DNA from: an uncultured Eubacteriales bacterium
GTDB lineage: Bacteria > Bacillota > Clostridia > Oscillospirales > Oscillospiraceae
Direction: 5' to 3'
NCBI GenBank assembly: GCA_959602365.1
Contig: CAUGSS010000004.1
Span: 21,811-85,810 of the forward strand
Length of the DNA: 64,000 bases
The translations under genes and the position numbers were made by a program. Positions 56,909 through 64,000 of this stretch are shown here, piece after piece (the first letter of the stretch is position 1; every line of letters starts with the position of its first letter). The notes under the pieces were generated by a model. The model worked only from the letters and a program-made list of their open reading frames with translations, ran no database searches and was not told where the DNA came from.

Positions 56909-57886
56909 ATGAAAGTGTTAATTACTGGTGCCGACGGCTTTATTGGCAGCCATCTGGTTGAACTGATGCTTGAAAAGGGCTATGATGTGCGGGCCTTTGT
57001 TCAGTATAATTCCTTTGGTACCTGGGGCTGGATTGACAGTTTCCCCAAGGAAAAGCTGGACGCAATTGAGGTGTTCCCCGGCGACGTACGGGACCCGAAT
57101 GCCGTTCGGAAAAGTATGGAGGGTGTGGATGCTGTCATGCATCTGGCCGCTCTGATCGCCATCCCCTTCAGCTACTATGCCCCTGATACCTATGTCGATA
57201 CCAATATCAAGGGTACTTTGAACGTGTTGCAGGCCGCCAAGGATCTGCATCTGGAGCGCGTATTGGTGACTTCCACCTCTGAGGTCTACGGCACTGCCCA
57301 GTATGTCCCCATTGATGAAAAACACCCCTTCCAGGGTCAGAGCCCCTACTCTGCCACCAAAATCGGAGCAGACCGGTTGGCTGAGAGTTTTTACCGCAGC
57401 TTTAACTTGCCCGTCACCATTGTACGGCCCTTTAATACCTTCGGCCCCCGTCAGTCCGCCCGGGCGGTAATTCCTACCATCATTACCCAGCTTTTGTCCG
57501 GCAAGCAAGAGATCAAATTGGGTTCCCTGGCTCCCACCCGCGATTTCAACTACGTCAAAGACACTGCCCGAGGCTTTGAGGCCATACTGCGCAGCCCCAG
57601 CACCATTGGACAGGAGATCAATATCGCCACTTGCCGTGAGATTTCCATTGGTGAACTGGCGCAAGAGTTGATCCGCCAGATCAACCCCAACGCCACAATT
57701 GTCTGCGATGAGCAGCGGCTGCGGCCTGAGAAGAGTGAGGTCGAGCGGCTACTTGGCTCCAATGAGAAGATCAAAGCCCTGACGGACTGGACCCCCTCTT
57801 ATACCTTCGAAGAAGGCCTCTCCGAAACGATTGCTTGGCTTCGTGAACATTTGAGCCAATATAAGCCAGATATCTACAACATTTAA
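56909..57886 (+). CDS. SDR-family NAD-dependent sugar-nucleotide dehydratase/epimerase
   Basis: MKVLITGADGFIGSHL Rossmann motif and the YxxxK catalytic motif. It is the first gene of the nonulosonic acid block. Confidence 0.75.
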   Translation: MKVLITGADGFIGSHLVELMLEKGYDVRAFVQYNSFGTWGWIDSFPKEKLDAIEVFPGDVRDPNAVRKSMEGVDAVMHLAALIAIPFSYYAPDTYVDTNIKGTLNVLQAAKDLHLERVLVTSTSEVYGTAQYVPIDEKHPFQGQSPYSATKIGADRLAESFYRSFNLPVTIVRPFNTFGPRQSARAVIPTIITQLLSGKQEIKLGSLAPTRDFNYVKDTARGFEAILRSPSTIGQEINIATCREISIGELAQELIRQINPNATIVCDEQRLRPEKSEVERLLGSNEKIKALTDWTPSYTFEEGLSETIAWLREHLSQYKPDIYNI

Positions 57887-57926
57887 AAAGCGAACATTTT
57901 TGTTTGAATTTTGGAGTTGATCAATA

Positions 57927-59087
57927 ATGATTCCTTTGAGTGTACCTAATCTTAAGGGCAATGAGCTTACCTATGTAACCCACGCAGTGGAAACAGAATG
58001 GGTTTCCACTGCCGGGCCCTATGTGGAACAGTTTGAGGAGAAAACCGCCGAATATTGCGGTGCCGCTGGGGCTGTTTCCTGCCAAAACGGAACTTCCGGT
58101 CTGCATATCTCCCTCTTGCTCTGCGGTGTAAAGCCCGGAGAAGAAGTCATTGTCCCCACTCTTACCTTTATCGCTGCGGTCAACCCAGTTAAATATGTGG
58201 GGGCTGAACCGGTCTTTATGGATTGCGATGACGGGCTGTGCATGGATCCTGACAAACTGGAAGAATTTTGCGAAACGGAATGTGAACTACGGGACGGCGT
58301 TTTGACCGATCGCTCCAATGGCAAGACCATTCGAGCCCTGGTGGTGGTGCACGTATTTGGCAATATGGCTAAAATGCCCCGCCTTTTAGAGATTGCAAAA
58401 CGCTTTCATCTCAAGGTAATTGAAGATGCCACGGAAGCTTTGGGTACCTATTATACCAGCGGCCCTTTGTGCGGAAAGTATGCAGGCACCATGGGGGACA
58501 TCGGTGTGTACTCCTTTAACGGAAACAAGATCATTACCACCGGCGGAGGTGGCATGATCGTCTCCATGGATCGGGAACTTTTGCAAAGGGCAAAGCACCT
58601 CACTACCCAGGCCAAAGCAGACCAGTTGAATTTCATCCATGATGAAATCGGATACAACTATCGCATGACAAATTTACAGGCTGCACTGGGTTTGGCCCAG
58701 TTGGAGCAGTTAGATGGCTTTATCCGCACGAAGGAAGAGAATTATTTGCTCTACCAGGTGAAAATTGCCGAAATTCCCGGCCTGTCGTTCCTGCCCTTTG
58801 ACCAGGGCATCCGCTCCAATCACTGGTTCTATTCTGTCCTATGCGGGGACGATTTCCCCATGAAACGTAGTGATCTGATTGCCCAGCTCTCTCAGAATGG
58901 CATTCAGACCCGTCCTATTTGGGGGCTCATCCATCAGCAAAAGCCTTATCTGAACAGCAAAGCCTATCACATTGAGCGGGCAATTTACTATTGGGAAAAA
59001 GTTGTCAACGTTCCCTGCAGCACCAATTTAACAGCTGACCAAGTGGAACAGGTGGTTTCCCAGCTGAAAAAGTTGGCGGGCCTATGA
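57927..59087 (+). CDS. DegT/DnrJ/EryC1/StrS aminotransferase (LegC/PseC-like)
   Basis: The PLP-lysine region and fold pattern are conserved. Confidence 0.8.
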   Translation: MIPLSVPNLKGNELTYVTHAVETEWVSTAGPYVEQFEEKTAEYCGAAGAVSCQNGTSGLHISLLLCGVKPGEEVIVPTLTFIAAVNPVKYVGAEPVFMDCDDGLCMDPDKLEEFCETECELRDGVLTDRSNGKTIRALVVVHVFGNMAKMPRLLEIAKRFHLKVIEDATEALGTYYTSGPLCGKYAGTMGDIGVYSFNGNKIITTGGGGMIVSMDRELLQRAKHLTTQAKADQLNFIHDEIGYNYRMTNLQAALGLAQLEQLDGFIRTKEENYLLYQVKIAEIPGLSFLPFDQGIRSNHWFYSVLCGDDFPMKRSDLIAQLSQNGIQTRPIWGLIHQQKPYLNSKAYHIERAIYYWEKVVNVPCSTNLTADQVEQVVSQLKKLAGL

Positions 59088-60259
59088 AATCTGTTTGTAT
59101 TGTCACCTCCACAAGAGCGGATTACGGCATCCTGTCGGGCTTAATTCGGCTGTTTCATGCCTCTCCCGCGGTAGAGTTGAGGCTTGTTGTCACAGGAAGC
59201 CATCTGTCGAAACGCTTTGGCGACACCCAGCAGGAGATCTTGGGGGACGGCTTTCCCATTGATGCAAGCTTTCCCATCCTGGAAGATCAGGACACCCCAG
59301 CTGCCATGTCCCGTGCTATGGCCCGTTTGCTGGAACAGCTGTCCGTCTATTTGGAGCAAAGAAGACCCGACCTGGCCATTTTACTAGGAGACCGATATGA
59401 AATCTGTGCAGCCGCAGAAGCTTTTCTGAACGAGCAGATACCCATTGCGCATCTGCACGGGGGCGAGTTGACCGAAGGCGCTGTGGACGACTGCTATCGG
59501 CACAGCATTACCAAAATGTCTTATTTGCATTTTGCCAGCACGGAGATCTATCGCCAGAGGATTATCCGTATGGGCGAATCCCCGGAACGGGTTTTCAATT
59601 ACGGTGCACTGGGGGTGGAAAATGCGACCAAAATTCCGCCTATGTCCCGGGAAGAACTGTCTGAATCCATTGGGTTTGACTTCACTCAGCCGTATGCCCT
59701 AGTTACATTCCATCCCGTCACCCTGGAGCCCAATGATATGAAGCGGCAGGTGGAGGAAGTCTTTTTTGCGCTGGAGCAATATCCCGGCAAACTCAACTAT
59801 CTGATCACCAAGTCAAATGCAGATGCAGGTGGTCTATGGATTAACGATTGGCTGGATGCTTTCGCCGCTGACCGCTCCTCCAGATTCAAAGTAGTTTCCT
59901 CCTTGGGTATGCGTCGATACCTCAGCGCCGTACGCTATGCCTCTGCCGTGATTGGAAATTCTTCCAGCGGCATTATTGAAGTCCCCTCTTTCCATGTTCC
60001 AACCATCAACATAGGAGATCGTCAAAAAGGGCGGGTGCAGGCCCAGTCTGTCATCAACTGTCCTCCGGAAACAGAGGCCATCATAGGGGCTATTACCTTT
60101 TCTCAACAGGCAGAGACCCTTGCACGCTGCCAAGCAGCGAGAAATCCATACGAAGAAAACAATACCGCTTTATCCATATTCACCAAGATTCTGTCCGTAT
60201 TGGAATCAGACAACATCAACTTGAAAAAACAGTTTTATGAAGGAGATTACCGCACATGA
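59084..60259 (+). CDS. neuC: UDP-N-acetylglucosamine 2-epimerase (hydrolysing), NeuC/LegG family
   Basis: MKSVCIVTSTRADYGIL... and HLHGGE motifs. Confidence 0.8.
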   Translation: MKSVCIVTSTRADYGILSGLIRLFHASPAVELRLVVTGSHLSKRFGDTQQEILGDGFPIDASFPILEDQDTPAAMSRAMARLLEQLSVYLEQRRPDLAILLGDRYEICAAAEAFLNEQIPIAHLHGGELTEGAVDDCYRHSITKMSYLHFASTEIYRQRIIRMGESPERVFNYGALGVENATKIPPMSREELSESIGFDFTQPYALVTFHPVTLEPNDMKRQVEEVFFALEQYPGKLNYLITKSNADAGGLWINDWLDAFAADRSSRFKVVSSLGMRRYLSAVRYASAVIGNSSSGIIEVPSFHVPTINIGDRQKGRVQAQSVINCPPETEAIIGAITFSQQAETLARCQAARNPYEENNTALSIFTKILSVLESDNINLKKQFYEGDYRT

Positions 60260-60939
60260 ATGTGGAACACCAGGGACAAAAAACAAAAATCCTGGTTGTG
60301 GGCGGAGGAGGCCATGCAAAAGTCGTTTTAGATGCGTTGCGATGCAATTCCTACGAAATTGTCGGCATTTTAGAGGCAGATGTCCATCTGGTTGGTACCG
60401 ACGTTTGCGGCATTCCACTCATTGGAACGGATGCTGACGCCTGGCGTTTTTTTCAAGAAGGCGTCACTCACGCCGTTGTGGCCATTGGCCATCTGGGCAA
60501 TTATTCTGTACGAAAAAAATGTATTCAACGTCTACTGGAGATTGGTTTTGAACTGGATACCATTATTCACAAAAGCGCTGTTGTTTCTCCCTATGCCCAG
60601 CTTCAGCAAGGCACCGTGGTGCTGGCAGGTGCTATGATAAATGCAGGTGCTAGAGTGGGTGCCCACTGCATCATCAACACCGGTGCCATCGTTGAGCATG
60701 ATGTGGTTCTGGGCGAAAATGTTCATGTTGCTCCCAAAGCCGCCATTTCCGGCGGGTCAACGGTCGGAGATAACTGCCTGATTGGCATGGGAAGCAGTGT
60801 CATTCAGGGACGAACCATTGGAGACGACTGCGTCGTCGGCGCCGGAAGTGTGGTAATTCGCGATATTCCGGACCGCACAACAGTCGTGGGGGTCCCTGCA
60901 AAAGTAATTAGAGGAGGCGGCACATGTCGGTATATGTAA
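60256..60939 (+). CDS. hexapeptide-repeat sugar N/O-acetyltransferase (NeuD/PglD/LegH family)
   Basis: N-terminal Rossmann-like KILVVGGGGHAKVV and C-terminal left-handed beta-helix repeats. Confidence 0.75.
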   Translation: MNVEHQGQKTKILVVGGGGHAKVVLDALRCNSYEIVGILEADVHLVGTDVCGIPLIGTDADAWRFFQEGVTHAVVAIGHLGNYSVRKKCIQRLLEIGFELDTIIHKSAVVSPYAQLQQGTVVLAGAMINAGARVGAHCIINTGAIVEHDVVLGENVHVAPKAAISGGSTVGDNCLIGMGSSVIQGRTIGDDCVVGAGSVVIRDIPDRTTVVGVPAKVIRGGGTCRYM

Positions 60940-61931
60940 TTGCAGAGGCCGGAGTCAATCACAACGGCAACCTGGAAACAGCAAAGCGAATGATTGCCGC
61001 AGCAAAAGAAGCAGGCTGTGATTGTGTTAAGTTCCAGACGTTCCGTACCGAACTGCTTGTCACAAAGCAGGCAAGAAAAGCGGACTATCAGGTCAACAAC
61101 ACAGGAAATGAAAATTCTCAATACGAAATGCTGAAAGCATTGGAGTTATCGCAAAATGAATTTGAAATTTTGAAAGATTGCTGTTTGCAGGAGGGCATCG
61201 ACTTCTTATCCTCTCCGTTTGACAACGAATCAGCCACATTTTTGCACGATCTTGGCCTTTCTTGTTGGAAATTGCCTTCAGGCGAGATAACCAACGAGCC
61301 TTTGCTCCGCCAAATCGGCAGCTATGGTCAACGCGTCATTCTATCTACCGGCATGTCAACGCTGGAAGAAGTGGAGGCCGCCGTGGAATGGCTGCGGGAA
61401 AATGGCAGCTCTGATATTACCCTGCTCCACTGCACCAGCAACTATCCCACCGCTCCAAAGGATGTTAACATGCGGGCAATGCTCACCCTTCAGCAGCACT
61501 TTCATCTGCCGGTAGGATATTCCGACCACACAGAAGGTATTGAGATCCCGCTTATGGCTGTTGCTATGGGCGCTTGTGTGATTGAAAAGCATTTTACTCT
61601 GGACCGCAATATGCCCGGTCCTGACCACAAGGCATCTCTTGAGCCCGACACTCTGGAGCGCATGGTTGCAGGAATCCGGAGCATTGAATTGGCCTTTGGC
61701 TCGGGGGAAAAGGCCCCCACTCAGGCCGAGTTGTCCACTCGGACGGCAGCCCGGAAAAGCATTGTGCTCTCCCGGGATGTGCCTGCGGGCCGACCTCTGA
61801 CCCAGGCGGATATTCTGCTCAAACGGCCTGGAAACGGCCTGCCCCCCTCCTGTCTGCATCAGCTGCTGGGCCGCTCCTTGAAGCAGGCGATGCCCCGGGA
61901 TACGCTGCTGCGTTTTGAGGATTTGACTTGA
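60924..61931 (+). CDS. neuB: N-acetylneuraminate/legionaminate synthase family (NeuB/LegI)
   Basis: MSVYVIAEAGVNHNGNLETAKRMIAAAKEAGCDCVKFQTF, a TIM-barrel, and a C-terminal SAF/antifreeze-like domain. Confidence 0.85.
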   Translation: MSVYVIAEAGVNHNGNLETAKRMIAAAKEAGCDCVKFQTFRTELLVTKQARKADYQVNNTGNENSQYEMLKALELSQNEFEILKDCCLQEGIDFLSSPFDNESATFLHDLGLSCWKLPSGEITNEPLLRQIGSYGQRVILSTGMSTLEEVEAAVEWLRENGSSDITLLHCTSNYPTAPKDVNMRAMLTLQQHFHLPVGYSDHTEGIEIPLMAVAMGACVIEKHFTLDRNMPGPDHKASLEPDTLERMVAGIRSIELAFGSGEKAPTQAELSTRTAARKSIVLSRDVPAGRPLTQADILLKRPGNGLPPSCLHQLLGRSLKQAMPRDTLLRFEDLT

Positions 61932-61950
61932 GAAAGGCGGTGTTGCGGTC

Positions 61951-62820
61951 ATGAAAACCGCATTGCTTACCGGAAGCACAGGCTTTGTAGGGCATAATGT
62001 CATTGATATTTTGCGTCAGGATTACCAACTGCTTACCCCAAGAAGAGCAGAACTGGATCTGAGAAGCCTTAACAGCGTCCAGCACTATTTTGACACACAC
62101 CAGATCGACGTGGTGTTTCACTGTGCCAATCCTAATCCAGTGAAAAATGCTGCAGAGGACTCTGCCGACCGGATGACCGATGACAGCCTGCGTATTTTTC
62201 TGAATCTGTATGCCTGCCGTGAGAAGTATGAAAAAATGATCTATTTGGGCTCCGGCGCAGAGTACAACAAGCAGCTGGAAATCTGCAATATTCGGGAGGA
62301 GGACTGTTTTCGTTCCCCGCCTGGAGATTCCTACGGCTTAACCAAATACACCATGAATCTGTTGGCCAGCCAGAGTGAAAATATCTACAATCTCTGCCTG
62401 TTCGCCTGCTATGGGCCGGGAGATCATCCCTCAAAATTCATTACCCATTGCATCCGCTGCTGCCTGTCCGGACAGCCGGTTACCATTCGGCAAGACTGTA
62501 AATTTGACTATATTCACGTCTGGGACCTGGGTCGCATGATGTCCTGGATGGGAACGCACCCGCTCCAGCATCATATGTACAATGTGTCAGGCTGTGAACA
62601 CGCTATGTTGTCCGACATCGCAGGTGAGGTCTGTAAACAGATGCAGGTTCAATCTCCTGTGGAAATTCTGTCCCCAGGGCTTAATCGGGAATACACCGCA
62701 AATGGACAACGGTTTTGGACGGAGAGCCAATTGCCGCTGCCTATGTCGCTTCGCGCAGGGATTGCGCTTCAAATTCAATGGGAAAAGGAGCAAATGAAAC
62801 ATGAAACAGCGTGTGGCTGA
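61951..62820 (+). CDS. NAD-dependent epimerase/reductase (RmlD/Fcl-like SDR)
   Basis: MKTALLTGSTGFVGHNV Rossmann motif; 289 aa. Confidence 0.65.
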   Translation: MKTALLTGSTGFVGHNVIDILRQDYQLLTPRRAELDLRSLNSVQHYFDTHQIDVVFHCANPNPVKNAAEDSADRMTDDSLRIFLNLYACREKYEKMIYLGSGAEYNKQLEICNIREEDCFRSPPGDSYGLTKYTMNLLASQSENIYNLCLFACYGPGDHPSKFITHCIRCCLSGQPVTIRQDCKFDYIHVWDLGRMMSWMGTHPLQHHMYNVSGCEHAMLSDIAGEVCKQMQVQSPVEILSPGLNREYTANGQRFWTESQLPLPMSLRAGIALQIQWEKEQMKHETACG

Positions 62821-64000
62821 TATTATGATCCAGACCCTGGTGGATCGGGGCGTGACTGAGTGCTTCGCAGTGGTAGGCGGAGGTGCTATGCACCTGGATA
62901 ACGCCTTGGGCCTGAACACTAAGATCCACAAAACTTTTAACCATCACGAACAAGCCTGTGCCATGGCAGCGGAAGCCTATGCTCGTCTGACCGGAAAACT
63001 GGCCTCGGTCTGCGTAACCAGCGGCCCTGGCGCCACCAATGCCATCACCGGTGTCATGGGCGCATGGCAAGATAGTCTGCCCATGCTTGTCCTCTCCGGC
63101 CAGGTGCGCTATGCGATCTCCGTCCCCGCCTCCGGACTGCCGCTGCGTTTTCGGGGCATTCAGGAATTTGAAATCATCCCCTCTGTCCGGAATATGACCA
63201 AGTACGCTGTGATGCTCACCGATCCGCTGGCTGTCCGCCGGGAACTGAACAAGGCAATTGATATTGCCATGTCGGGTCGGCGGGGTCCTGTGTGGCTTGA
63301 TGTGCCCCTGGACATCCAGAGCGCCATTGTTGATACCGACGACCTCTATGAGGACGAGTCTCTGCCCCCCCTGCCTCAGGTAGAATTCAGCCAGGTGCAG
63401 CAGGTACTTGACCGGCTGAGCTGCGCCAAACGGCCGGTGATCCTGGCCGGCAACGGCATCGTCAATAGCGGAAACCTGGCCGCATTCCGCTCGTTTGCAA
63501 AGCGGACCAGACTGCCTGTTATCGGTGCTTGTATCGCGGCGGATGCCATGTACGCGGAATATGACCGCTACTACGGCCTGTCCGGCTCCATTGGCCCCCG
63601 CCCCGGCAACTTCATCCTGCAAAACGCAGACGTAATCCTGGCTTTGGGTACCAGTCTGGGCTTCAAAACCACCGGCTTTGCCCAGGAGGGCTTCGCTCCC
63701 AAGGCACACATCATCTCTGTGGATGTGGATCCCTATGAAGTGCAGAAGCCCGGTGTAAGGGTAGACCAGTTTTTGAACACCACTCTGGAGCAGTTCTTTG
63801 CCCAGACCGCTCAGGTCCAGGAGATCCCGGTACCGGCAGAATGGGTGGATTACTGCAACGCCTTAAAGGCCCGCTTCTCTCCCTACGAACCCGGCCTGGG
63901 ACTGCCTGATGACGAGCGGGTGTGCGCCTACTGGTTCTGGAAGAAGTTTGACGAAATGGCCCCGAAAGATGCGGTGTGCATTTTGGGGAATAATACGGCC
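62801..64000 (+). CDS. thiamine-pyrophosphate-dependent enzyme (acetolactate-synthase-like), 3-prime partial
   Basis: MKQRVADIMIQTLVDRGVTECFAVVGGGAMHLDNA...VTSGPGATNAITGV TPP/pyrimidine-domain motifs. It runs off the window and is not in the track. Confidence 0.75.
   Translation, partial: MKQRVADIMIQTLVDRGVTECFAVVGGGAMHLDNALGLNTKIHKTFNHHEQACAMAAEAYARLTGKLASVCVTSGPGATNAITGVMGAWQDSLPMLVLSGQVRYAISVPASGLPLRFRGIQEFEIIPSVRNMTKYAVMLTDPLAVRRELNKAIDIAMSGRRGPVWLDVPLDIQSAIVDTDDLYEDESLPPLPQVEFSQVQQVLDRLSCAKRPVILAGNGIVNSGNLAAFRSFAKRTRLPVIGACIAADAMYAEYDRYYGLSGSIGPRPGNFILQNADVILALGTSLGFKTTGFAQEGFAPKAHIISVDVDPYEVQKPGVRVDQFLNTTLEQFFAQTAQVQEIPVPAEWVDYCNALKARFSPYEPGLGLPDDERVCAYWFWKKFDEMAPKDAVCILGNNTA

Overview
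High-GC (about 60%) Firmicutes/Clostridia-type sequence in three parts. (1) Positions 1 to about 37130 hold a Tn1549-like conjugative element (ICE). The left edge of the window cuts through it. Its transfer and maintenance genes all lie on the minus strand: AbrB-like regulator, HTH protein, DUF3991/Toprim primase, M23/lysozyme cell-wall hydrolase, VirB4, PrgI, a VirB6-like protein, a Maff2-like protein, the VirD4/TraG coupling protein, PcfB, a MobA-type relaxase, MobC, DUF3846, ArdC-metalloprotease and ParAB. The ICE carries apparent cargo: three divergent DUF4143 AAA+ ATPases, a RelBE toxin-antitoxin pair, a roughly 7.7 kb AT-rich island and a 1593-aa thioester/VaFE-repeat surface adhesin. 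The island holds a small Cys-rich protein co-transcribed with an 874-aa protein that has two P-loop domains, a KGGVGR-variant ParA-like ATPase followed by a NACHT-like NTPase. (2) Positions 37131 to 45331 hold a sigK gene truncated inside region 4.2, directly abutting the ICE end, so the ICE may be a skin-like element intervening in sigK. Beside it is a decayed ptsH-ptsI / fruR-fruK-fruA block with in-frame TAG stops and frameshifts, a 460-bp hairpin-rich intergenic region, a DUF124 protein, and a large serine recombinase with a translationally coupled upstream mini-ORF. (3) Positions 45877 to 64000 hold a lower-GC cell-surface glycan locus. It has CDP-3,6-dideoxyhexose genes (rfbF/G/H), an acyltransferase, a Wzx flippase, GT-C/GT2 enzymes and a legionaminic-acid-type nonulosonic acid pathway (dehydratase, aminotransferase, NeuC, NeuD-like, NeuB), and ends in a partial TPP-dependent enzyme. 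No rRNA, tRNA or CRISPR array was recognised. The many long antisense ORFs in the track are artefacts of the GC-rich sequence. The ORF track and my reading of the printed bases disagree by one base somewhere around 240 to 437, so coordinates follow the track.
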